Below are positions 35,124-47,500 of a DNA stretch of 64,000 bases, one piece after another (position 1 is the first letter of the stretch; every line of letters begins with the position of its first letter). The translations under genes were made by a program, and so were the position numbers. The notes beneath the pieces were generated by a model. It worked only from the letters and a program-made list of their open reading frames with translations. It was not told the origin of the DNA and did not search any database. The stretch is from the human T2T-CHM13v2.0 reference genome, Homo sapiens, in assembly GCF_009914755.1 (NCBI RefSeq), contig NC_060927.1, one strand, 5' to 3'.

Positions 35124-36139
35124 TCGGTCTTTTTTGTTGTTCCATGAAAACTAAAGAGCCATTTAGATACAGTTGACATTCTTGTTATAGAATATGACCT
35201 TAATGAGGAAGGAAACGTTAATGAAGACTAATTAGTGCATAATTTTAACGAGGGAGATATGTTTGAGTCAAGAGCTGAATGGGTTGTGCATTTCAGCAGG
35301 TATTTGCATATTGAGTGACACTGTCAAAAAGGAAGAGGTGAACAGAAAGGAGCTGGACAGGGCAGGCTCCAACTAGACCAGACCGTTCAACTCTGTTTGC
35401 TTTTATCCATTCCCATGTCAAAAAGGATTTGAGCAGAGCTTGTCCTTTGTGTCTTGTGTGGGCTTCAGGCAAGCACGTCTTCAATCTTGCTTTCTTCTGA
35501 CTCGAACCACCCTCTCCCTAGGCCTCAGTTCTGTCAACACCAGAGCTTTCTCTGCTTCTGTCTTTATGGTCTGCCTCCATCACACCCTGGAGTGGACCTG
35601 TTTCTGGCCACCAGTCTTTGCTGTCAGACTTTGTATAGGCAAGCTCAACCTGTCCTGACATCAGCAGCTTCCTCATGCTCCACATGATTCAGCTGTTGGC
35701 ATTTCTAGGCCCTCCTAGAAATGAGGAGCCCACCGCACACCCCCATCCTTCCCACTTCCAACTGGGACTTCACAGAAACTCAGCACCAAGCAGAAGCCAA
35801 AAGTGTGTATCAGTTGACTGAAACTTCAAACGATTTTGTTTCTCTCCTAATCCTTTTAAATGTGATATGTGTTTAAGAGTAGCAGAGACAAAGTGATTTA
35901 GGAAAATTATAATGTTATCCTAGCCTATTTTAGTGACACTCTAACATGGTTAAGAAAATTGACTGTCAGATTTGATCATTGTTGTCGAAGTGAACAGCCA
36001 TCATTCTCAGAGTGGCTGGAGTCAAATTCTCACCCAGCAGAAGCAATTTTAATGACTGAAGAATCCAGTTACCACAAGAAGCAATGGAACCTGAATGCAC
36101 TGCTGACCTCCCGCGTTCTCTCTCTCTTCTATTTTTCAG

Positions 36140-36301
36140 GCACAACGTGTTTGATTGCTCTGCTATCAGATAAAGACCTCACTGTGGCCAACGTGGGTGA
36201 CTCGCGCGGGGTCCTGTGTGACAAAGATGGGAACGCTATTCCTTTGTCTCATGATCACAAGCCTTACCAGTTGAAGGAAAGAAAGAGGATAAAGAGAGCA
36301 G
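36140..36301 (+). CDS. PPM1L: Protein phosphatase 1L (PP2C-epsilon), penultimate coding exon (162 nt, phase 1-1)
   Basis: Pyrimidine tract plus CAG acceptor (36137-36139) and GTGAGC donor (36302); translates GTTCLIALLSDKDLTVANVGDSRGVLCDKDGNAIPLSHDHKPYQLKERKRIKRA(G), with PP2C motifs ANxGDSR and DHKP...ExxRI. Confidence 0.95.
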
Positions 36302-39300
36302 GTGAGCTTGTGAACACCTCCAAGAAATGTCTGCTGTCTTGCTGGTGAACAAGGCGGCTTGCTTGGAGAGCTCCTGGATAAAATGTCCAGTTATGCAGTA
36401 TTAGAGAGGCTGCTACTGAGGTAACTGAGATTGACTTTGTAACATTACCTATCAAATAAATGGCCACTAAATCTGTCTTCCTTCATAGCCAAAGATTCCA
36501 AAAGAACTAAAAAGCCCATTTCCAGTTTAAAGGCTAATAAGATCTTTGGGCCCCGGGTTCTCACTTTTCTCTAGCCTGTTGCTATATGCTGCTTCCCTCG
36601 GAGCCACAACTAACTACTAATCATTCCTAAAAAGACCTTGTTTCTGATACCTCTGTGCCTTTGCAAGTGCTGTTCTGGGTCACAATTACTTGTCCCATAA
36701 AACTCAGTTTAAGGTGTTCTTTTGGAAGCTTTCCATGTCACACTGTGGCAAGGGCCTTCCCATTCTGGGGTGGATGCCCCTCTGCCTTTCCCCAGCATCC
36801 TATGTGGACGTCTTGGGTCACCTTTTACAATACATGGACATACCTGGCTCTCCTATTTGCCTTGCCTTCCCGTCACCTCTTTGAAGACAGGAACTTGGTT
36901 TTGTTCATCTCTATGCCTTGAGCATTTGGCTTAGTGCCTGGTATAAGTAAATATTTCAGAGCAAGGTTGGGGGTAGAGGGGTCCCTTATTCATTCATTCA
37001 TTGGTTTATTCAATATTTTAGGAGCTGGGGATAAAACAAAACCCCATTCTCAAGCTTTCATGAAACTTACATTCTGAAATTGGCATGGGGGTGAGGAATG
37101 GAGTAAATAGACATTAACAAAAAAAAATAGTAAAAGTAAGTCATTCATATAGTATATTAGAAGTTGATAACTGCTATGGAAAGACATGAAGCAGGTAAGG
37201 GGAGTGTCAGGGAGTTGCAGTTTTAAGTAGTGTGGCCTGTGTGGGCCTTGCTAGAGTGATGTTTGGACAAAGACTCGGAGGATAATTATCAGTTGATTAT
37301 TACATTTTCATAATTCGATTTCAGAGAATACCTTTATACCTATGTAAGGGAAGAATTCTGTAACTTTTCAGACTGAGAGCTGCAGGATGTATGCTCTTCA
37401 TGATGTGCCAGGCAGCAGGCCAGCTGTCAGAGGGGAGCAAGCGGGGTGCTCATGTACCCTAGTATCTGACCAGGATGGGCCCTTGCTGTCTGGGTTAATC
37501 TGCACATTGACTCTCGATCTCTACAGGTCAGCTTCTGCCCAGTGAATGAACTGAATGAACCTAATCAACATTTTAGTTTTCACAGTAGGGAACCATACTG
37601 TTAAGTCAAAATGTGTTGAATTTTATTACAATCTCCTGCTTCAGTGACTGCTTGAGTTGCAAAATAGTTTTTAATGAAAGCATTGGTCAGGTTTTCTGTT
37701 GATGGGATGAAACGAATGATATTTTAGGAGCATCTATCAAGCTTTGATGACCTCCAGGCAGTAGGAGCAAAGTTCTCTGGCTTCCTACTTGTAAAACACC
37801 ATCTGCCTGTAGGAGTCTGCTGTGAAATTAAGACACAGTTAGCTCAGTCTTGCATCAGCATCAGGCAAGGATGTGTACACAATACACCTGCAAATGTCAT
37901 CTTACCATTCAGTGCTCTCTTTTGAAATATCATGGCCATTTTATGCTTCCTCTTCTTCCCTGTCATACCCACTACCCACGCCTGCACCCTATGTTGATTC
38001 TTTGTAGAAGCAAATTTGCACACCGTCTCCAAGGAGGTTAATCTAACCTCTCTGTTCTTTTACATAATTTGATCAATTGCATATTTTACACAAGGCTTAA
38101 GAAACAGTGATTGGTTTTACCATCTTCATGTGTGTTTTCTCTGGCCTCAGCCTCTTTTCAGGACATCTTTCCCCCTCCTGCTTAGCATGACAGTAAGGTC
38201 CAGCCAGTCTGGGCCAAATACATGTCTTTCTGTCGCCACTCCTTATACTGTTTCCAACAACAACATTAGCTGTCATTTATTGTGTGCTTATCCTGTGCTG
38301 GCAGCAAAGCCTAGCACTTTACACATACACTTTCTCTTTGCCTGTCTTAAGAGGTTGATAATATTATTCTCATTTTGTAGCCAACAAACTGGAACTTCAC
38401 AGAGGCTTATGTGCCCAAGCACACACAGCTAGTGAATGGTGAGACCACAGCTGAAACCCAGGACTGGGTTTTATGCTCTTGCCTACTAGACCATGCTTCC
38501 TGGAATGTCCTCCTACATATCCTGCCCATAGATGTTTCACCCATCGCTCAAAGCCCACCTTTAATGTTCATTCTACCCTCATGATCAGAACTGGAAATCA
38601 TCCCTCCCTTCTCCATCTGCCTACAGCATTTAGCAGACACTGGTCTCGCCCTGAAGAATACCACTTTGTGCTTATTGTATTTAATACTTTTTGTGGCTTA
38701 ATTCTCCTGCCAGGCTGTCTACTTTTTTAAAGAAAGGTCTGGATCTTGTATAACTTCATATCCTGCACATTGCCTTCCATGGAGTAGGTATTTAGTAAAT
38801 ATCTGACAAATATGTGGATGAAGAAAAAAATAATAGATACAATTGTTAAGTGCATATTATGTTCAGGGACTGTGCCAAATGACTTATGTGGAATAAGACC
38901 TTCATTTCTCAACAACCCAATAAAATAGATACTGTCTCTATTTTGTAGCCAGGGAGACTGAGGATCAGAGAAAGAGTTTCTCATCCAAAGTGAGACATGG
39001 TTAGAAGAGACAGAGCCAGGAATCACATTCAAGTAGTCTGACCTGAGCCTTTAATGACTATACTAGTGTGTGCTTTTTCTTAATCTTGATCCTATTTGGG
39101 GGGACAGAGCTGTTTTGAGACCTATATAGGCACACTTACGAGTGGCCTCAGGCCAAATGATATATACGGTGCCTGTTCACCTGCCTTTCAGCATTCCTTT
39201 GCCACTCTCCTCAAATCCCTACCCTCATGCTCTCTACTGTCAATCACTGAGCCACCACGGTGTTAAGTTAAAAACCAATGCCCTCCCCCATATGTATCCG

Positions 39301-39547
39301 CCACCTTCAGTACTCTTATTGATATATTATTGAAATCCTTCAAGATGCCAGGATGAGGGTATGAGGATCAACTGGTAGAGTATAAAACCCCAGGCCATGC
39401 AGTGGGTCCCAGGAGTGATGGGGTTAAGGGGAGTGCCCACAGCCCAGTTCACATGAAGTAGGTCACCCTGTTGCGCACGTACCTAGACTATCCCAGGTAA
39501 GTGAGATATCAGCTGGTCAAACTAATGGGCTCATCCTGTCTTTCTAG

Positions 39548-39894
39548 GTGGTTTCATCAGTTTCAATGGCTCCTGGAGGGTCCAGGGAATCCTGGCCATG
39601 TCTCGGTCCCTGGGGGATTATCCGCTGAAAAATCTCAACGTGGTCATCCCAGACCCAGACATCCTGACCTTTGACCTGGACAAGCTTCAGCCTGAGTTCA
39701 TGATCTTGGCATCAGATGGTCTCTGGGATGCTTTCAGCAATGAAGAAGCAGTTCGATTCATCAAGGAGCGCTTGGATGAACCTCACTTTGGGGCCAAGAG
39801 CATAGTTTTACAGTCATTTTACAGAGGCTGCCCTGACAATATAACAGTCATGGTGGTGAAGTTCAGAAATAGCAGCAAAACAGAAGAGCAGTGA
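39548..39894 (+). CDS. PPM1L: Protein phosphatase 1L, last coding exon
   Basis: Branch point CTAAT (39522-39526) and TAG acceptor (39545-39547); in frame with the previous exon: GGFISFNGSWRVQGILAMSRSLGDYPLK...FMILASDGLWD...DNITVMVVKFRNSSKTEEQ*; PP2C metal-ligand motifs DGLWD and DN. Confidence 0.96.
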
Positions 39895-42800
39895 ACCCTT
39901 CAGGGGTCTCAGCTGCCTTAGACTAAAGGACTTTCAACACACTGGTCTCTTTTAATTTAGTGAAAAGTGTGGGAGTTGTAATTAGGATCATCCACCCCAG
40001 ACATGGAATCCCCCCTCCCTGGTGGTCTTAGGTCTATAATCAGTGACGAACAGAGGGTGCCCTTGGCCAATGTAGTTAAGAAACTGGAAAATGGTTTCTT
40101 CATGTTTTCCCAACTCTTTCATCCAGTGTCCAAAATATATAAGTAAATAGCTGTAGAGTCACATATATGAAGTGAATAGCATATGTGTCATTTAGTCTCC
40201 CTGAAGATTCTTTTCAAGATCCTGTTCAGGGTCCTCCAGGCATCAGCTGTTGTGTCCTCTCTTTGTAACAGTGGACAGGACAGACCACCCAGTGCTGCAG
40301 GAGACAGGCCACTGCGTCACCTGTGAGTGGTCAGGGGCTGATGTGGCAACACCCTCTGCCAAGAGACAGAGCTGTCCTGAGAATGCTTTGTCCTTCTGAG
40401 CCCATGTTTTCTGCTCAGTAGCAGCTTGGAAGCAGATTTGGAATGGTTTATTATTTTGGCTGCTCTTGGGGACTGCGAGAAGCAGAGAGAATGAGAGACC
40501 AGTGGCAACTGCCTGCACAGCAGAGATAACCCTCTTCCCTTGCTTCCTTTAATAGTTAAATAGACTTTGTATACCACCTGACCAGCCTTTGTGCATTTAT
40601 CCTAATCATGCATGACCGTTAACCTTTTGCTTAGTCCTTACCATATGTAATAGGCAGCTGTTAAATTCACCAACAGATACCCTGATTTTTCATCTTACGT
40701 GACCAAGAAACCACGTTAGGGGAAATGAAAAAAGCAAGCCACAATACCATGATTCCTTCCATTTTCAACAGTAGATGAAGGAAATGATACTGAATGAGTC
40801 ACAGTGTTCCCTGGCAAGTAAGCTGTTTGCATTGAGAAAGGAGTGAGCTGGTGAGGTTACCACCCTGAATTGAGCTCCAGCTGCCAGTTTTTGTGTTTTT
40901 CCTTGCCCCTTTCCAAGTGGTTTTCAAGTGTCAGGCAGTGTTCTGAGAAGCAGCAGCCTATAACTGTATGTGTGTTCCTTGAAGCCAGGTGCAGAGTTCC
41001 CAGCTACTGCAGCTTGGGATTTGGTGGGAAACTACTGGGATAAGCTTCTCCTTGACAATGGAAAGGCAGCAGTCTTCAACATTTGGTTGCAAATCTCCAT
41101 CCACATCAGGGAGCTTTCCCCAGGCAAATACAAACCGCCCCGTGGCCTGCAGGCCTGCAGGGGAGGCAGCAAAGGGACCTGGCAGTTGCAACACAGTAAG
41201 TCAGGAATTCAAGCGTGAACCCATATTGATAAGTGGGCCAGAATTATTTAGGGGCCTGGCTTGCTGCTCTCCATTTCCTGTATCGCTAATTTATCATTTT
41301 TCCAACCTTGGTATTTTATATTATTTAGAGAAAATGCTGGGTCACTCTCTTTGCCTAAGGTGACTCAAACAGCCAAACGAAACTTCCGTTGCCTCCCAGC
41401 CCTCTGTATCCACCTGGTTTTGTTCTTTCCCTGTGAGCATTTGTGGTTATAGCTTCCCATATGCCACATTCACCGGCCACCTCCTCGCCGTGGAACCCTG
41501 CCCTCTCCCCTCCTGCTGCTGTAGAGTTTTCCCAAAGCAGTGTCCAGGAGAGAATTTGAGAGAGTGAAGAAATTGCCTTGTAGATGTGGAGGGCTGCAAT
41601 CTGTCTTGATTTCTCCAAGCACTTAACTTTCTTTGACTGCACTGAGAATTGCTAATGATTTCCCATGAGATTTGCTTACTTTTGTATACTGTATTTTCCA
41701 GCATTACAGAACCTTGGTTATTGTTTTTTAGCCATAGAATCTTCTAGTAAAAAATATCTGCCACCATTTTAGATTTAAGCATTTGCCTATGGGGAGACAC
41801 TGAATATGTGGATGTGTGTATTAATATTTGGGGTGGGGACAGGGAAGGGAATGTGGAAAACAAATGCTGGCTGTGAGCAGTGCTGAGATGGCCAGGCCAG
41901 GCGGCTGAGTTTGCTTGGAAATTCAGGACATTCTGACTCCTAAGAGTTGCCCCCACCCACCATCAAACTGAAATCAGCACCAATGGTGTCAGCACTTTAC
42001 AGCCCATAGCCAACTTTCTTTATTTTTAACGTAGCACAAAAATGTATAATAGCAAGGAAAAGACATTTTTAAATTCCGGTTATTTTTATTGTCTAAAATG
42101 AAAGCAACAGTGTTTTGATAAAGATGAAAAAGAAAAGCTACTAAATTAGTAAATCAGTGGTTACGTGCCCTGCAGAATTTCTTAACAGATGGTGCTGAGT
42201 GCACGAGTTACATAACTTTCTCTCTAATTGAGGTTCACAAGGCGTCTTCTAAATTTTGCTTTGTACAATTAATTCATTTCTGATGTTAACCAAATAGAGT
42301 GTATATATCCTACTCCCATTACTGCCTCTTTCCCCCCTACTATGGCTTGTAGATTTTCAAAAGATAGAAGTTCTAGGCAAAACTGTAGCAGTTTCATTAA
42401 TAGTTGTTAGGATAGTTATATCTAAAATCAGAGTATTTTGTTCCCTTCCTTCTGGAGCTCTCTCTCCCTAGCCCTTTTCCAGCTGTTGGGGATGTGCAGA
42501 CATCACTCCTGGGGGTGCCCTATGGTACACTGGCTGCTCCCCAGGGACCTGGGAATGCTGAATCTAGCCATTAGGGAAATTGATTTGAGATGTTTGCATG
42601 TGAAGCTTCCCTAAGCAGCACTGCCAAAGCTTTGGAATTGTCACCCAAGGCTTCCTAGACTCCCTAGCTAGCTCGAGTTCGAATTGCCAATAGTCCCCAT
42701 GGTGCCAAATTTTGGGATGGTTTTACAGTCTTTTAGAAATGAAGACAGGAATGGCCATGTGCTTCTGAGACCCCAGCACGATGCCAGGCCCAGGTCTCCA

Positions 42801-43806
42801 TTAATGCAGTGCTCTGCTGCTGCTCCACTGGCAATTTGTACTCTTAACATAGGTTGGGGGAGGGACAGCTAGGGAAATTTTTTTTAATTAATTGTATCTA
42901 AAATTCTTTCATCATAGGAATAAACAACACATATAGAAAGCTCCAAAGCTGTTCCCAAGACCTGTATTATTTATTTTATATGACCAACTTGCCCCAAGGC
43001 AATTAACTCTGAATTGCTGTTCTAATGTGACATATCTGTGTACATATGTACATAGTACTGGTAACCAGTGGCTGCATTTTATTCCTTGCTGTGGACTGAG
43101 GTATTGGCTTCTTGAATCTTGTATATGTCATAAGAATATTATACAGAGAGTGTTATAGTGAAGGATGTAAGCTGGATAATTTAAAACAGACCTTATTTCA
43201 TACAAGTGTAATTATTACATCATTTTGGGTAAATGGCAAACAGGATTGCATGAGAGTGATGGCATCATCATTTCAATTGAATCTGAAGTGATTCTAGGAA
43301 ATTGATTCCACTGTTGGATTCTAGGAAATTGAGTCCACTGTTTTCCTTTGCGTTTAATTTCCTTTGTGTTTAATTTGACCACAGAAACTTTTTTGAGTAG
43401 CACCTAGTAACATTGCAAGGAACTTGTGTATCAAGGTGTATCTTGATTATCCTGATTTTTTTTGTTCTCTAAGTTGTTGCCAGATCTCTCTTGCAACTGT
43501 GTCAATGAAAGGTCTGTGTTTAGAAAAGGCAGCATATCATTGTATATTTGAAACTATAGGAATATATACTTTGTATAAAACTTTTCCAATGATTTCAGAA
43601 ATTCTTTTTTCCTCCTTTTGACCCACAACTAGACTGTTCATACCCTAATAGTTCCCCAAAATTGCCTTAGCATGTCACACCAGCATTTGTCATCCAGCTC
43701 TGGAGAAATGACATGACTGTTAGATACTATGCCTGTTTAATTGCCTCTGGATTAAGTCATTGATAGCTAGACTTTTGAGCTAGTTAGCTGTAGAAATAAT
43801 AGAATC

Positions 43807-44102
43807 CAGTGTTTCCCAAAGTGTGTTCCAAAGAACACAAGTTCCAAAGATGCTCTTCTAAATATAGGATTCTAGGATGAAATAAGTTTGGAAAACACAT
43901 ACCATCTTAGAAAGTTAGTGAACATGAGCACATCAAAGGCTCTAATTTAAATGTCCTGTGAGGAGAGAAAAACACAACAAATATCTACTGTCAGTTAGCC
44001 CAGTGTTTTCCAGATTAATTTGACCACAGAAACTTTTTTGAGTGGCACCTAGTAACACTGCAAGGAACTTGTGTTCTAAAGAACACCCTTTGGGAAATTC
44101 TG
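43807..44102 (+). mobile_element. Charlie4a-like hAT element in the 3'UTR
   Basis: Terminal inverted repeats CAGTGTTTCCCAAAGTGTGTTC / GAACACCCTTTGGGAAATTCTG. Confidence 0.7.
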
Positions 44103-44307
44103 GTATATTGAAATATTGCTGTGTTTTCATTCACGATGACTCTTAGTAGCAGTACAATTTGCAACTTAGAAGCATGAGCCTTTCATATATGAAGCTGACT
44201 TGTTAATAAAAGCAGTGTTAAGAAGTAGTATGACTTAATATGACCAACAGCAGCCTCATATTGATAGCAGAACAATCCTACTTAAAGCTCTAAACATCAT
44301 CCCCCCC

Positions 44308-44597
44308 TTTTTTTTTTTAACGGAATCTCGCTCTGTCACCCAGGCTGGAATGCCGTGGCGCAATGTCAGGTCACTGCAAGCTCCGCCTCCCAGGTTCACA
44401 CCATTCTCCTGCCTCAGCCTCCTGAGCAGCTGGGACTACAGGCGGCCTCCACCACACCTGGCTAATTTTTTGTATTTTTAGTAGAGACGGGGTTTCACCA
44501 TGTTAGCCAGGATGGTCTTGATATCCTGACCTTGTAATCCACCAGCCTTGGCCTCCCAAAGTGCTGGGATTACAGGTGTGAGCCACTGCACCCGGCC
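44308..44597 (-). mobile_element. AluY, antisense, in the PPM1L 3'UTR region
   Basis: CACTGCAAGCTCCGCC, CCATTCTCC, TTAGCCAGGATGG. Confidence 0.88.
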
Positions 44598-47500
44598 ATC
44601 CCTTTCTTTTATATGAATAATGAGCAAGAGCCCTGCCATAGCTAAATATGTCTCAAATTCATTCCAAGATCTTTCCATTGCTTTTTTGCAGTTACCTTTG
44701 CTTTTTGGGTTGAATCAAAATGAATATTTTTATATTTCATTACTATATGATATTTAAAAATATACAGAAAATCACAGAAAAGGAAAAACAGAAATTTGAT
44801 TTTAATTCACTTTTGAAATTTTAACGATTTTTAAAACTAATGATCTGTTATATAATAACTGAAATGTAAACTATTAACAGTTATTTACTTTCTTTCCTTT
44901 ATTGTCCTCTCTGGATTCAGTGAAATAATTTGAAATCAATTAGAGCTCATACCTTCTAAAACTCCTGTCCCATATCATCCCACCTTTCATGTTTTATGTA
45001 CATAGTTAAGTTTGGCATGTTATCTCTTGCCTAAAATGTGAGGCCTTCCTGTAGTTCCACAGTAGTTACTCTTGGCTGCAGAAATAGGTTTGGGAAGCTA
45101 TGAGAGATTACCCCAAAGTCATGGATGAAACAAATCTAGTCGAAAACATGGTACAGAGTGAATTAAGGCAAAAGTCATTAACTTAAAATTACATCCAATA
45201 TTTAGGAATAGCTCATCCTCTGCACATTATCCAAAATATTTTAAAAAACTAAAAGTAAGATCTCTTAGGCTAGGTGGCGGATTGCAAAGGGCAGGGGGCA
45301 GTTGATACCATGAAGCTTCCAATAGATGCATTTCTAAACATTTTTTCTAATATGTAAATTTGCTGATCCTTAGTAATGTTAATGCTTTGTCTATTTGTTA
45401 TTTTTACCACTGTTGAACAGCAAACTGTTGAGGCTAGGGTTGATTATTGATAATTTTTATGTGTTTAGTAATAACCACAGCATCATACGTACAACTGCTT
45501 TAATAAATCCAAGTTAAGGACTTTGAGGAGAGCATGTAGCAAGTATTCATTTTAACAAATCATCACAGACAGTTTCCCTGTTCAAAGCTCCACCAAAAAG
45601 CAAGCATGCAGCAAAGGCATAGACTGTATTTAGAGATGTGGTTTCATTTATTCTTGAAGTCCTATAACCTTGCATTATTTAAACACAAAATCCCACCTAA
45701 CATTTGCCAAATCCAAGTTAATCTCAAAAACCTCCGAGGACATTGAGCACAAGCAGATTACTGTAAGGGCACTGGTGGCAGATTGTGGTGGAGAGAGGGC
45801 TGAGTGACCCAGAGCAAAGCCTGCCCGGGTTACTCGCTGCCACTTCAGGAGAGGGATTGTATCAGCTCTCATTACCTTTTGTCATGAGGCAGTTCATAAA
45901 TTAAATATGATATCATGCATTATCTCAAAATATTTCTATATTAATTAGATAATTCACGATGTAAAACGTGTTCATGCAGAAGCAAAGGCGGATGTAATAG
46001 TCAAGTATCAGGGAAAAACCCCTTTAGGATACCCAGACATTAAAAATGTAAAAAGTAGCTTATAAGAAATGTGGATTATCAGATTTTTACTATATATAGG
46101 TTGTGTTTAATAGTAATTTCTGACACCTGCACATAGATGAAGAAAAGGCAGTTGTTACCACTTTTCACCATTCAAAAAATGGGCTTGTCTCTTAGAGTAT
46201 TGGTTAATGCTTTGCTTATTTGTTAATGAAGACAGCATTTTAATTTTAAAGCTTCCTTTTGTAGGACTGATGGCACGGGCAGAATCACATTTAAGAAAAA
46301 TGGTTTGGAACACTTTTTAATAAAAAATTGTAAAATCAGTTTCCAGTGTGGTCAAAATTAGAATGTAAAGGAAAGCATTTTTAAGAAAATACAGAAGCCC
46401 AAATCAAGGGAGAGTAATATAAAAGGAAATATTTTAAATTAAGAAAAGGAGGTGTTATAGTTTATTACATCATGAATTATGCTTTCTGTACTTACGCTCT
46501 TAGTGAAGGAGATAACATTGAAGTGAGAAAATGAACATTCTCAGTTATTTGCGAAGTTAGTAAAATTGCAGTCCCTATTCCATTTTTTTCTGATGAAAAT
46601 GGATACATGAGATCTCATTTATTGCTCTCCTCAACACCTTTACTGTCCCAGATTCCATTCACGTTCCAAATCGTGGACAGTAAAACTGAAGTCAGATAAA
46701 CACAGTCACAGGTACAACTGGGAGCGAGTTTTAACATAGTGGTAATTTTGCAAATGCCAACATGAATACTAGTGAGTACTCAATTTACGACAGACAATTT
46801 CACAAAAACCAACCACAGAGTGATTTGATATTCTTGCTTCTTAGAGAGTTTTCTAATCCATATAATGCAATGGGTCAGGTTGCTCATATGATTAAAAAAA
46901 TTAATCCTGTAGAAATGATGTATTAGACATCTCTAACCCAAGAAAAAGATGTCTTTTGTATAACTTTTAAATTCCCATTTGTCTATCTTAGGACAAATGA
47001 TGACTTCTTCGTGTAGTAATGAAAACGTCTAAATCCTGCTCTGTGGAGAAAAGCTAGAACCATGGGACATTAAGCAAGAATACTCCTCTGATTTAGGCTC
47101 CCAGACTACAACTAACAGTCTTTATGTATTTATCATCTTGGTTATTGTTTTATCTCAAGCATATACAGTGTGCAGAAAGTAGAATAATGAATAAAATATG
47201 ACCATGGAGAAAACCCATAACTTTTGCTTCTATTATAGAAAGCAGTGTTTGTTCTTTTTAATTTATTACATGTTCACATTGAAACATTAACATCTACAAT
47301 ATTGTCTTTCAGTTTACTCTTCAATTACTAAAGCAAATGATTTTGATTTATAGCACTTACACAACTGCAGTTCAGGTCACAGAATTGAAATCTATTTGAT
47401 AATGTCTCAGCATTCTCATGGGCAGCCAGGAAAAAAAAAAAGAGAGAGAAAGACAAATAGAAATTTTAGTGGGTTCAGATAAATGATTATTCTGACAAAC

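Noticed and set aside
35959-36139. N-terminal part of the 129-aa ORF
   Set aside because: Intronic read-through upstream of a clear acceptor; only 36140-36301 has PP2C similarity.
41146-41161. 16-bp palindrome CCTGCAGGCCTGCAGG
   Set aside because: A simple doubling of a palindromic 8-mer, with no extended stem suggesting a structured RNA.
42664-42686. Polylinker-like CTAGCTAGCTCGAGTTCGAATTG (NheI/XhoI/BstBI sites)
   Set aside because: No vector-like flanks and only 23 nt; most likely chance. Identity in other human assemblies or apes would settle it.
44308-44597. Inverted-Alu hairpin in the PPM1L 3'UTR
   Set aside because: Only one Alu lies in the inferred UTR; the nearest opposite-strand monomer (50304) is beyond the distal poly(A) signal.
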